Shown here: one piece after another, positions 24,876 through 37,800 of the stretch
How positions within the stretch are numbered: the first letter of the stretch is position 1
Layout of the letters: each line of letters begins with the position of its first letter
Source of the DNA: Chlorokybus atmophyticus
Lineage: Eukaryota > Plantae > Mesostigma and Chlorokybus algae
Length of the DNA stretch: 64,000 bases
Direction of reading: 5' to 3'
Assembly (NCBI GenBank): GCA_009103225.1
Contig: RHPI01002069.1
Coordinates: forward strand, 1,134,962 to 1,198,961
The notes under the pieces: generated by a model
Seen by the model: the letters and a program-made list of their open reading frames with translations, nothing else
Databases searched by the model: none
Told to the model about the DNA's origin: nothing
Program-made: the position numbers and the translations under genes

Positions 24876-27191
24876 ATGACGGCGGCGGCGTTGGCTGCCG
24901 CCACCGCATGCTCGGCCGGGTCGTTGCCGGCCAGGTTGCGCAGCCGCTGCTGCTCGGTGGCGCCTTCGCGGTCTCTGACGCAAGCAGACGTGCAGCGTGG
25001 CCAACCTCTTCTGCTTTCAGCTAGGGTTTTGTCTGTGCGGGCGAGACATTGGCGCAGCAGCCGTGTACATCATCTTGGCGCATGTCGGGCGTCTGCGCGA
25101 GAACAGCAGGCGACCAGCGACGTAGGCGAGGCTGCTGGAACAACGTCAACTTCCAGGTAAAGCCGAACAGTGTTTACGGCATGTATGAGAACCTGGTCTT
25201 AATGTGTGTAGTGGCATTGCATTCTTCGCGGAGGGTACTCTGCGTCGCTTACTACACTTGCCGCATTGCCATGCCGTCATCACTCATCAATTATACACTG
25301 ACTACTTATACGCACGCGTGCGGTCGTGCTGTTACCTATTGAGCTCAATGCAATAACATGTTATGCCACTGTAGAGCCGACTGCTTAAAACTTGATACCA
25401 CCAAATCGGTAACCACTGCGGGTGGTTGGGTTGGCATGGCAGATTGTATTGTGTGCATGCATGCATGTATCGTAGCTTCGTGCCATGCAAGAACTACATT
25501 GACGAACGCCTTGTCATAGGCAGGAACTGGACTGCATTGGCACAGGTGTGGACGTTTCATGCTATGTGAAGTGCAATTCGGACGACAGCAGCAGCTCCAG
25601 CAACAACGCTGAGGACAGGAGTGGTGCGGATGCGGCAACCAGGCAGCCAACATTTACAGAGCAGCTGCTTGACAATGCGCTTCTTATTTCTCCATTCTTC
25701 TTTTGGGGCACAGCCATGGTGGCCATGAAAGGCGTTCTCCCTCTAGCAGGTAGCCTACGTAATAATCTATATGGTTCAATTATGGCACCGTCTTTGTCTG
25801 CCAGCTGCATGGTTACACTGCCTGACACTGTTGCCATGCAGGGGAGATGTCAGTATCATCGATTAGGCTTATACCAGCGGGCATGTTATTGGTAGCATAT
25901 GCCACGTACAGCGGGCGGTCCTTTCCGAAAGGCTTCCAGGCCTGGTTTGCAATCACTCTCTTCGCCCTTGTGGACGGCACCATGTTCCAGGTACGCTGCT
26001 TGCTAGCGTACACACCACTCAAAAGTCAATCTTGATTGCAGTGTGCGTTTGTTGTATTGCTCAGGGCTTCCTGGCGGAAGGGCTGCGAAGAACCAGCGCT
26101 GGGCTTGGCAGTGTACGCGTTCTTGAGTAAAGCATGTGCCAATGTGAGTGATGCAGGTGGATGGCTGTTCTCAAAAGTTGTGCGCAGGTGATTATTGACT
26201 CTCAACCTCTTACTGTTGCTCTGCTGGCGTCGTTGCTATTCGGGGAGAGGCTGTCATACATTAATGTGCTGGGTTTGGGAGTTGGGGTGGCTGGACTCTG
26301 CTTACTGGAGGCAAGCCAGCTCTGCACGAGATTGCAGCATCCTATAGTACCCGAGTTATGTTATCAACGCAGGGACAGATTGTATGCTTGCCTTCCAGGT
26401 ACCAGCAGAGACAATAGCCGCAGCGTTGTCCGATGCGCCGGGCACGGTGGCCAGGCTATGGCAAGGAGTTGAGTTCGGGCAACAGAGTGGGCTGTGGGAC
26501 AGCGGCGAGTGGTGGATGCTGCTCGCCGCTCAGAGCATGGCTATAGGCACTGTCATGGTGCGGTGGGTTTGCCAGTATGTCGACCCCGTGATGGCCACAG
26601 GATGGGTGCGTGTGGGAACCTTTCAGTCGTGGCATGTTGTTGGGTGCGGGTTAGTTCAACTGACCACGTCCATTCTTGCAGCACTTACTCCTGGGTGGTG
26701 TGCCGCTTGCGCTCTTAGCTGTGGCGAAGCACGAGCCTGCAGTATCAGGCGGCCTCGCCAATCTGACATTCACCGACTACCTTTCCCTAGTGTACACATC
26801 TTTGTTTGGGAGCGCCATCAGCTACGGCGTGTTTTTCTACAACGCCAACAAAGGTTTGTTTACGACCAGCTCAGCTTTGTGCACTTGCGTGTGTGGCACC
26901 ATCGAGTTTTGAGTTTTGCGTCATTGTTGAGTGCGTCACACTGTGGCACGCAGGCAACCTGACCCGCTTAAGCTCGCTTACTTTCCTTACCCCAATGTTC
27001 GCTGCTGTGTTTGGGTAAGCTCATGTGATTTTATCTGCTGCTCACTTGTACTATGGCAACCAAGACGCGGTTAACAATGTGTGTCCTGGTTGTGCAGTTA
27101 CCTCTTTCTAGGAGAGACGCTGACGCCATTGCAACTCTGTGGAGCAACAGTGACTCTTGGTGCCATAGCGCTGGTCAATAAAAAGTCATAG
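24876..27191 (+). CDS. Plastid EamA/DMT-family transporter
   Basis: Exons SPFFFWGTAMVAMK, RLIPAG, FALVDGTMFQGFLAEGL, VIIDSQPLTVA, SAISYGVFFY and LSSLTFLTPMFA, two EamA halves. Start exon inferred from a transit-like ORF. Confidence 0.88.
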
Positions 27192-28195
27192 CGGTTTCTG
27201 TGGCCAGACTAATAGATAGGGTTAGCTACAACACATAAATTGTGATTCTACATTGCATATATTACAGCCTGTAATGCAGATGGTACGGCTCTGTCCAGGA
27301 CAGGTTATGCACGTAAGCACACCAATTCATGTCTTTGGCCCCGTCCAGCAATTACTAGCATCTGCTTTCTGTGGTTTTCTCCAGGTTGCCAAGGCACCAA
27401 GCCATGCTTGCCATCAACAGCAGTAAGTGTGTTACAGAAATTCTGTCCCACAAGCTGTACATGTATCAGCTGTGTCTTGATGTGCGCATCTGGTTGATAG
27501 TCTTTGCTGAGTCATGCGACAAACAGCGGGTTTTCTTGTTCCAACCTTGCATCATGCTGGGAGGGTAACCAAGGACTCTCCGCCAAAGCTTGCACCGATC
27601 AAGGGGCTGCAATGCACTCATGTCCCCAAAGCAACAAGTCACGATGTTCAAACAACCACATGTAGTATTTACAAGCCCGTTAACGTGTACAAGCATTCAA
27701 TCAGAACTGAGGAACTCCGTTGCCGACTCAGGTCCGTCATCATCATCATCAGGGAACCACAAATCATCTAAGGACAATGGTGGTAATGAAAACTCCTCTA
27801 GCCTGGACTCCCACTCCGCTGCAGGAATACCACAGCATGAATACAGAGGTCAAATTTTGCAAGCACAATGCTGAGCACAGCTGTTGTTGGGTCTGTTATA
27901 TCACTTGAGAAAGCAAGCTTGCTGAGCTGATTGCTACATGTGCTGAATCGTGCAACACATGTACATGTGCGAGCAGGTCGTCCTCAACAACCAATGACTC
28001 TCCAAGAGCAATTGTCTAGCAAGCGAGCAGCAAACTTAACACTGGGTGAAAGTACAAACATTGTGCGGATGTCTGCTGCTTGATTGAGCTGTGCTCTATG
28101 CTTGTCATGCATTTACACAAGACATCAACCATGTATGGGAGAGAAAACAAAACTGGACACGCACTGCGTGGCTGTGCCAATGTGTGCGTGCAGCT

Positions 28196-28930
28196 TCACA
28201 CGTATGACATTGTCTCACGTGCAAGGGGTCCGGTGCCAGCTAGCAGTGCAGCAGGAGTAGGCGGTGCTGGAGGCGAAGGGGGCATTAGGGGCGGTCTAGC
28301 CAGCCACAAATCTTCTGCCTCATTATCATCCTTCTCCTCCTCCTTGTTGCCGCCAGCAGAGGCGCGGATCCAGTTTGCCATCGCCATAACAGCCCTGAGA
28401 TTACCACCATTTTCGCGGGCGGCAGCTGCACGGCCGACAAGCTCAGCAATCTCCCTGTCCTGGGCTGCAGCCGCCTCTGCCTCAGCCCTCTCCTCCCATC
28501 CGGCCGGCGGGCCCACCTCCATTCCATCCTTGGCCCACTCCTCCGCCCGCTGCTCCGCCCACGCCTCCCATGCGGCGTCGGAGGTGGGCGGCAATGACGC
28601 CACGGAGGTCTGTGCTGGCTTCCTGGCAGACTCCAACACTGGGGCAGGCAGCAACTTCCCGGCTGCCTTAACAGCGCTAGAAGCTCCTACACCCGGCTGC
28701 TGTTTCCCAAACCCACCCTTCTCACCGCCACCGCCGCCGCCGACCCGCTGGGCCTTGACGTTGGTGATGTCCCCGAGGGCACGCCTGGGCGTCGGCCCTG
28801 CTGCTGCTAATCCTCCTCCTCCTCCTCCTCCTCCTGCCCCCAGCTTCCCGCCCGCGGCCTTGCCGCCCCTCGCAGGCGTCGCAAACGCCGCGTTCTCATC
28901 CCGCCACGCCGTCGCCGTCCTCGCCTGCAT
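28196..28930 (-). CDS. Intronless low-complexity protein with DEN motif and D-box; securin/PATRONUS-like
   Basis: 244 aa from the ATG at 28930. Contains RDEN, RRALGDITN (D-box) and DGMEVGPP, with an acidic C-terminal half and no cyclin box. Confidence 0.7.
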   Translation of the reverse strand: MQARTATAWRDENAAFATPARGGKAAGGKLGAGGGGGGGGLAAAGPTPRRALGDITNVKAQRVGGGGGGEKGGFGKQQPGVGASSAVKAAGKLLPAPVLESARKPAQTSVASLPPTSDAAWEAWAEQRAEEWAKDGMEVGPPAGWEERAEAEAAAAQDREIAELVGRAAAARENGGNLRAVMAMANWIRASAGGNKEEEKDDNEAEDLWLARPPLMPPSPPAPPTPAALLAGTGPLARETMSYV

Positions 28931-30339
28931 CCCGCCGCCGCCGCCAACAACGGCAACAACAACGACGACCCTCACACTCCCGCGCTCTGTTTGAAGCACT
29001 CAAACCCGGCTCATTGATCTCATGCCAAACGTCTACGAAATCACAGAATCACACGCAGTCGGATCAGTAACCGTCACGGGGTGCTCAGTGAACTCAAAAC
29101 CCTAACTTTCGAATGAATACTGACGAACTGGCCAGGTGGCAGGCTGTGAGAGGAGTGCGAGTTGTGCTTTTTTGCGTGCGAGCTTTGACAGATTGACAGG
29201 TCAGCAGTTGGGGGTGGTGCCTGTTGCTGCCGCCGCCTTCTGTGTGTAGGCGTCGTAGTTTTGGACCGGCGGCGTACTCAGCTGGCGTATTGCGAGGTAC
29301 ACATACCTGTGTCGGGTTGAGAGCGGACGGCAGCATTGGCAGCAGCGGGGGCGGGGGCGGGGGCGGGTTCCGTCTTTCCTCCAGCTTCAGCTTCAGGTCA
29401 GGGAGGCGCACTGGTCCGGCATGGTTTGAAGGGAGGGTCTGTCCACCAGACCGTGCCGCATCTCAATATTCCTGTGGGGGGTTAGCCGTAAGTTTCAACC
29501 AACCGGCCAGAAGCGAGTGCAGCGTTACTTGACTTGACGGTTGACGCCTGCACGGAGCTGGTGCTGGGAGCGGCAGGATGAGCCTCTAGGTAACGCAAGC
29601 ATGTGTGGGTGTTAGGTTGCCGCCATTGAGACAGATCTTGATAAATTCCGAGAGTGCTTCTGTCCACAATGCCAAGCAAGCTTGCGTCAAAAAGTGATCT
29701 GCCGGTTGCGAGGACAGTTGCAAAGCAGGCAGGCGGCTTGGCTTGAGTGTTCATGCACGCACAATCACAGCGTTGGACTGCAACAAGCCCAAGGTTGACA
29801 TGTCAAACGCTGCAGAGCTTTCAGGGCTTTGTGTCAGTGCAACGTGTCACGTGGTCAGTGCTGTATGACTCTTTGACAGCTATTGCTCGCAGTGCATGGA
29901 GTCACGCAGCATGCGCATAGTCTGCAAGTGCGCCTGTTGGCCACCTGTGATATCTTTAGCAGAATGATGTCTTGTCTGCATGCTTATTGAGGCCCTTCTT
30001 CGTTTCCCACTCATTTTGCATGTTCCGTAGATAGTCAGCACATGCGATCAGAATGATTTACGTTCTGCGCAACTGAGTCGATGTGCCAGAGCTGGTCAGC
30101 CATGTCACCTGACCAAACGCTGCTGAAGTTGTCAGTCCGTCCCAAGTATCGCTTTGGAGTGTCGTGCAATGGGCGAGATGGTTATTTCCCGCTTGTGCAC
30201 ACCTTGCAGCGCCCTCACGTGCTTGGCATTGAGTCTTATGGACCTCATTTTATGGCAGGTAGGCGAGTGGTTGGGCGGCTAGGCGGCACAACGTGGAGAG
30301 GACAGCATATACGATCACTAGAACATCGACGGTAGGATC

Positions 30340-31020
30340 ATGCCCAGCAGGTCGCTGCCGGCACAATGTACATTTCTCACGTCGGGGCAGGCGTTCGTGG
30401 GCACGCAGAATGTGTCGCACAGCAGCAGCAGCGTGACCATAGGAGATGGAGGAGTTATAGGTAGCGGAGTTATAGGCAGCGGCGCTCTGTCAGGTGGCGG
30501 TGCTCCCGCACCAAAAGATGAGGCGTGGAGCGTGAACGTGCGCGTGCAAGGCAGCAACCCGCAGTGCGGGTATGTGTGCGGCTCAATGGAGGCGCTGAAC
30601 GTGCCTTCGGCGGAGTCAAGCGTGGTCACCTTCTGGGAAGGTGAGACTGTCGACAATGTCAACTACACCTTCTTCACCCACAAGTGGGACGCCGACAGAG
30701 ACACCGACATGAAGCACTGGCTTCGCTTCGATGCCTTTGCTCCCTTGCATGAAGCCGTTCTTCGTGATGGTGGTCGCTCCATCGACCTGGCGAGCTACCC
30801 CTACCTCTTCATGCGCTGGAAGGAGAAGTTCTTTGTCAATGTGGGTGCCGAGTGTGGCCTTACCATTGCCGGCTTCTACTATGTATGTTTATCTCGCCGT
30901 GACGGCTCAGTGGATGGATTCTACTATGACCCCAACAGCAGCCCTTATCAGAAACTGGAACTGCGCCCGACGGCGGAAGGCCGGCGTGGCCACGCCTTTG
31001 CCACCTACAGTTTGTGCTGA
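30340..31020 (+). CDS. GID4: GID4/Vid24 substrate receptor of the GID/CTLH E3 ligase
   Basis: TFWEGE, KWDADRDTDMKHW, LFMRWKE, IAGFYYVC and GFYYDPNSSPYQKLEL are hallmark GID4 motifs. Single exon. Confidence 0.92.
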   Translation: MPSRSLPAQCTFLTSGQAFVGTQNVSHSSSSVTIGDGGVIGSGVIGSGALSGGGAPAPKDEAWSVNVRVQGSNPQCGYVCGSMEALNVPSAESSVVTFWEGETVDNVNYTFFTHKWDADRDTDMKHWLRFDAFAPLHEAVLRDGGRSIDLASYPYLFMRWKEKFFVNVGAECGLTIAGFYYVCLSRRDGSVDGFYYDPNSSPYQKLELRPTAEGRRGHAFATYSLC

Positions 31021-31820
31021 GTGGCGTAGTTGCGCAAGTTGACCTGTGCACAGTCCGCCACTGCCTGATGCCTCCTGTAACATAGCAACCCCTAGCCTAT
31101 GTTTGCCATGCTTATGTAACTCTATACATAACTGTATACAGCGTGCACCATTACAATCCACATTTTGTGCTGTACGGCAGATGTACTTGCAGTGTTTGCG
31201 TATGTTTTTGCTGTGCGACCTCAGCTGGTGTGTCAAAGAGATAGCATGCTACACTACCAGTAGTCGCATGCAGATGTCACGCACATGCAATGTCATGCAC
31301 CACACTCAGCAATCAGCACATGCAATGACATGCCAATACTTCATAACGCCGAGCGGCTGCTAAGTTTATCCAACGCTCCAATCCCTACCCTGTTAGTTCA
31401 CTCCAGCATGCAAGTAGACAAGCACAGTATTCACCTGCCCACAAGGGCTCTGTGTAACAGCAAATGGTGAATTGCTCTCGCGGGACAAAGAGTAAACAAT
31501 GCAGAGTACAGGCCACCACTAGTTATCATCAACACTGCTGCTTACAGTTACCAGCTCAGCACAGGTGCAGTAACTGCTCACAAAACTGTCACTGCAAGTA
31601 TGTTGTAATAGTTGCAGGGTCGCAGCCGCAGTACCATAAGCTCTGGTCAACCGGGACGCCAGCTTCACACAACAACCTATTGACAGTACAGCAACTGCTA
31701 TATACTACCTCCGATCACATGCCATTCCTGCTACAACTACACCCCACACTACACATGGACACCAACAACAAACACAACAGCCTTCTTCGGTCTCCCAATT
31801 GCATAAGCCAACCCTCGCAA

Positions 31821-34800
31821 TCAATCAACAACAAGCGCAGCAGCCAGCTTCGTCTCAACTTCTACACTGTCTCCATTTGTGATCTGTTCACCGGCAGGTT
31901 GAAGCATGCTGAGCAACGTTGCAGTGTCCCTTCCAATGACATCAAGGGCTGCGATCGCTGCCATCTTCTTCGCCATCTTCTTCTCTGGATTTTTGGCTCT
32001 CGCAATCTGGATAGATGATAAAACCGCATCGGTTGTGTGACATGCGCATGCCAACTGATGCAGTGTTTTCTAAACTCAGTTTTCTACCTTGCGTCCTTCG
32101 ATACACACTTCCACATGAGTGCTGCCACCCGATGAAGGTACCTCCTCAAAACGTAGCCGCACATGCACTTGCAAACATGAAATGCACAGTGTATGACGCT
32201 CGCCCATACAGTCATCAGTCTCATGGTACTGCTTCAATAAGCCTACCATCTGGCAAAGTTCATGCAACTCCGTGACAGGGTGCAAGTTTCCGGTTACAGG
32301 CACTTCTGCTGGACGAATCAGAGGTTCCAACACCTACACATCACTCACACACTTGAATGCCTGTCTTGCCGCCCTGATGCATGTACTATTGATGGGTAAG
32401 CGCTCATCAAACCTGCCATGTGCGATCAATGTCCATGCCAGTGTCAAGATACACCGCGCCCGCAAGGGATTCGAGAATGTCGCCCAAAACTTTTGGTGCA
32501 CGCACATCATCCGTGCCGAAACCGGCAAAAAACTTCCGAAATTGACTTAATTTATTGGTTGTTTGAGCGGTTGCTTTCTCCGCCTCACTCGCTTCCCTTC
32601 TTTCAACAACTGCAGCAAACTCGTTGATGGCTGCAGTTAAAGTGGGGGACGCATGCAGCAGGAACTTCTGCAATCCCGCTGATGAATCGCCTCCTGGAGC
32701 CAACGCAATGCGCGCAAAGCTGCACACAGCACAACAAAATTTCCTCAGCATCATAGACGACGGCTTGCCTCTTCACCAAGCTAACTCAGTACACACTCAC
32801 CACTCATTGTTTGTGAGTTGTGCGCGCAGGATGCTTAGCATCCCGGGGTCAAAGTGTCCGTACGCAGAGAATGCCCATCGCATGACGCAGCAATCAAGCA
32901 CAGCATCACCCAAAAACTCCAGTCGCTGGTAGCATGAACGCGCCTGTCAACGCACAAGTTTAAACATGCAATTTGCGACATGCACACCGAACATGCAACG
33001 CAAGTTCTCTAACCTTGGACCAAGTAGCGTGTGTGAAGGCCTCTTCTAGAAGGCTACCATGCTTGAAAGTGTAACCAATAGCGCGCTCCAACCGCATGAA
33101 GCAAGTGGACTGAGACACCTTTGGGGGGTACTTTGCCAGAAGCTCACTCAGCAACTCGCTCTCCTTGTCTTCATCCAGGACGCTGATGCCCACCCACCTA
33201 CACACGCTGATGGTGAGAGCCGCCCGTGGACACTCAAAAGCGTGCAAGGGGCATTACCGCATAAAATAGCGAGCAGCTGAAGGGCCGCCCTCAACAAGGT
33301 ACGCTCCAATCAACGCCTCAACAGCGTCAGCAAGTGTTTTGCCAGGAATGGTTTGACCAGTGGATGAATCATCGAGCTGTGAAGACCCCAACCCGGGTGC
33401 ACACCATGTCTGCAACACACACAGTGCTTCAGCGCTTTTGGACAAAAGCAGCACAGTGCACATACTGCCTTCACGGTCGTCAATTCGCAATGCTAGATCA
33501 AGCCCCTTCATTTGGCATAGGTAGTAGCAATTATGGCTGCAACTTGCGCTGCTGGCTTTTTGCAGCGTACCCGCATGTCGAAAGCCTTGGCTGCAGTCAG
33601 GCCCGACAGGCCTGTCTCAGTGGCCAGAGCGCTGAGAGTCTTGTTGCACACGGCGTTGCTTCGCGCGGCGCTCAGCTGGCCTTCATGCCAGGCTGGCTGT
33701 AGCAGCATCAGCCCAGAGCTAACATGCAGCTTCAGGGCCGCATCCCCGAGCACCTCGAGCCGCTCCAGCGTTGTCGGCACACCCACCGATGCGGCCGTCA
33801 AGGCTTCAACCACCTGATGCACATTGTCCTCTGAAACATATTGTCATGCATCCAGATGGGACATGCAACAGCCTCAAGCATTGGGCATACCCGTTCAAGT
33901 GGGATGCAGGACCTCCATGCAACCTTCTCTCTCAACTCATGCGCACACAGGAAGGTCTCCAATCGCCATATTGCCGCAGGCAGCCAGGACACGGCGCGCC
34001 AAAGGGACGCCGGGATGGGATGCATCCAACAAGTCTGCATGCATTGCAAGGTGAGGTAGGGTCGTGGCAGCTTGCAACTCTCTTGGAGACAACTCAAGTC
34101 ACCTGTGGCACCAAGAAAACTGGAGGGGACTTTGCTGCTGCTTGGTTGTCCTGATGGCCGTCTACATCACTATTAGCTATGCTGTTTGCAGCAGTGCCTG
34201 CGGCCTTCCTCTTTACTCTATCCTTGGTTGCTTTTGCAAGCAGCAGCGGACATGATGCAGAAATGTTTCGTACTTCCAACATGGGCTGTGACATGTCGAC
34301 GGCGACGCGATATCTGATAAGGCATGCGGATCATTTTAGCAATGGTGATAGGAGCAGCAGTACACAAGGCTCGTAGCAATTAATATAAAAGGCACCAGCT
34401 TACTTTTCAGTGTGGTAGTCAGCAAAAGACCGTTCATTCTGCTGACGGCCGCTTAAAAATGTTGAAGCAGGGCTCATATCATTTCGCACTTGAAGAACAA
34501 AATGCTCGTGTCCTTGGGACATGCCTGTTACCACCCTGTTCGCGAAACAGGCGTAGTCGCCGACGCTTGGATGGAGCCAACCGTCAGAGTTTACAGCCTC
34601 TGCTGTATCTACGTTGACTTGCTCCACCAGTTGCCAGTTGATGTCCACGACATCACTATTGACATTACTACTGCTGGAGTCGGCAACAGGCAACACCAGG
34701 TAGCTCCTCGACTCGTCCTCAGCAGCGGCTTGATTACGTGCGTGGCTGCGAGTAATGGCAGCAAACACAACGCTTTGGAATGTGCGTGCAGCGTGATACT

Positions 34801-37800
34801 GCTCCATTGTGAGTGTGAGCATGCGTGCGGGACTGAAGCGAAGCCCCCCGTGCAGGTTGTGGCTGAACTGCAGAGCGACTTCAGGTAGATCGTCTGCATT
34901 GCCGGCACAAGCAAACAACATCACCATCAGGACCAGGATGTCAAGCAGTCCTGCGGCTGCATACCTGGCGTAGGGCCCCATGCGAGTAAGGCTAACGGAG
35001 CCACATCTCCGCAGGTGAATGAGGATATTGTGGAGTCACCCGACAGCGATAGTGGATAAATGCGGTGTGCATACATGGTTACGGTTGAGCAGGCAGAAAT
35101 GGCGCGAGGAGCGATGAAAGCAGAGGGAATAGTGGGTAGCACGGCTGTAATAGCTGCATACTTCCGCTTGCGAGGAGATGCCCTTATTCCTTCAGGCAGC
35201 TGCATGAAGAGCAGTATGCGTTTGTATGCGCATGTACAAAGCCAACTTGACACAACTCTCAACCTACCTCCCGCACATCTGGCAACAAGTGGTTATTTAT
35301 AGCTCCATGCTTGTGCAGAACGATGCACGCTTCTAAAGCCGCAGACTGTTTGGCTTTCTTGGTGTTGAGCTGCGGCTCCCCGCGAATGCACTTGGATGGG
35401 AGGGGGCAGTTGGCAGGAAGATGCACCTCCGTGCAATACATGTGGGATACGCACCCGTGAAGCCAGCCAATCTCCTTGAACACCGGACGCGTGTTGATGC
35501 AGTACCTGCAGGCCGCTTAGCAAGGATGGTGCAGCAGACTTCTAGGCCCTACATATGTGTGCGAGGGGACTTACTATACATGTGCATCAGTGAACTTACT
35601 CATCTTGAGGGAGAGTGACGCAGTAGTTGTGCAGGAGAGAAATGCTGGAGTCGAATGTGATTATGGCACCAGTTGACTCTACCTTGTATTCTTTACCCAT
35701 GTACAACTACAACAGGACGTTCAGTACGCGTTGTACGCATGACAATGTTGTCAACCACTCAGTGAGGGCGTAGTGTTGTGGGCACCGGGAGTACCTGTGG
35801 AGTGCCAGGGTCAACAGGCACATTTGCAGGGTCGGTGCGGGCCAGAGCCATGGCAAGCATGTGGCCTTCAGTCTCATGCAACGAGCGCAGGATAGCCTCG
35901 TGAGCAACATCACCCCTGAGTGTGCATCGCTCAGCATTTTAAATCATTCAACACCCCTGAAAGGCACACATGCACCCCCAGTTGTACCTCTCAACCATGT
36001 GCACGTAGTCGGAACCTTGCTGGCGTGCACGCCCGCGAGATTGGATGTTTGTCGCAGCAGTAGCGGGAGAATTAAAGCGCACCACACAGCGGCACCGCTG
36101 TATGTCTATACCTTCCTCTGCTACAGATGTTGCTATCTGCAGTTTCATGTCATGTCAAACTTCAGCTTCAGTATGCATGTGTAAGCAAGCATGAAGTATA
36201 CCAAAAAGGCAGCACAGACAGGTGCAAAGCCCCTCGTGCTTTGGCTTACCAGCACATTCAACCTGCCGTCCCTAAACTTCTCTAAAAGCGCCCGCTGCTT
36301 CTTTGTGTCCGCTCCACAATAGCCGGTGGCACTGCGCGAGTGACCAGTTATCAAGCCCACACGCAACCTTTTGGTCCCGCAGTCACTGCCACCATCATCT
36401 TCAAAGGTGAAGGATGGAAGGCGTGTGAGAGTGTTAAGCAGTGCTGCCGCTACGTCACGCCGCTCCACGAACACAATCGCTCGCAAATCAGGCTGGCAGG
36501 CGTACTCGTGCAGCAAGTGCACTAACGAGCATGCCTGCGATCAAACAAGACATTTGTCAACGACCACAGCATACATGTCTTGCACACAATGATTGTAAGC
36601 ATGCGGTGACCTTGCGGGATAGCAGCACAGGTTCAGTCAGGGTAAGATCGATGGTCAAATCCTCGCCAGTTGCACAGTTTGTAAGCTGCACTCCTGACGT
36701 TACCAGCTGAAGGGCGCTGAGCAACAGACTATCCTGGTGGACAGTGGACACCGCGTGTTACAGAAGGAAAGGCAGAACACCAGACGTACGGCCACAACAA
36801 GGCTCACACGCATTACGGCATCTCCATCATTGAGCATTTTGGCCTTGCTGCCTTCTTTGTCATCGACGTCCATCTGTTCCTCAATGTCCACATTGCAGGT
36901 GGAGACTGTTGTGCCTGAGGTATGTTTATGTTTATGTTTTAACGCGTCCTGAAGGTAGTTTGCTGCAGCTAGACGCCCAACCTGCGTACATCAGATACGG
37001 TAGAATGGCATCAATCATGGCATCAAATATTGACAACTGACATTGCCACAGGTGGGCCAAAACCCCCTGGTACCTGCACAAGGAAGGCGTGTGCGGACAG
37101 TATCTGCCGACGCACAAGCTTGTCCAGCTCGCCATTGGCTGTGCATATGTCCTGCGCCACAGGTGATTGGGTGAGACCTGCGCACACATACTCGTGCACT
37201 CCTGAGGGTGGCTTCGCCTGCACTTGCAGGCAAAGCCACCTCTAACACGCTAAGATGCAACCAAGATCACTACCAGCGTCCAATTACACTAATCTTGCAA
37301 GGAAGGCTACAAGGCTGGCAACCGACAACAGACTCTGCCATGCCTCAGCCTAGACTTGGTTAAGCTATGAATTAGGCGCATGCACTCGGTGTTGCCCAGG
37401 TATACATTCAGTGGCATGATAGTTGCTCAGGTTATTATCGATAGATAACACATGAATACTCAAGCAGCAGCGCACTGAGCAGACAGCCAAACTGACATAC
37501 AAGCAATGACATGAACAACTTACCACACGGCAGGTGGGGATGTCACCAAGGACATGACTACCATGTGGTGGTCAAGCCCTTGGTGACAGCCCCAAGTGCC
37601 GCACTAAGGCATTATCGCTGCTATCAGATTGCGCACAAGACAGACACACCTCGCTGAGGCCAAACAGCTGGAATGCAGGCTTGAGAATGCTGTCCGCTGG
37701 TGCGTCGTAGTAGTGCACGATCTCGCTAGGCGTGGGCGTGTGCGCCTCAACTGCGGCGCGATCGCTTGGCGTTAGAAGTGTTGCATGCAGCCGCGCCTCC

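Noticed and set aside
28080-28994. 304-aa plus-strand ORF
   Set aside because: Antisense shadow of the GC-rich securin-like ORF.
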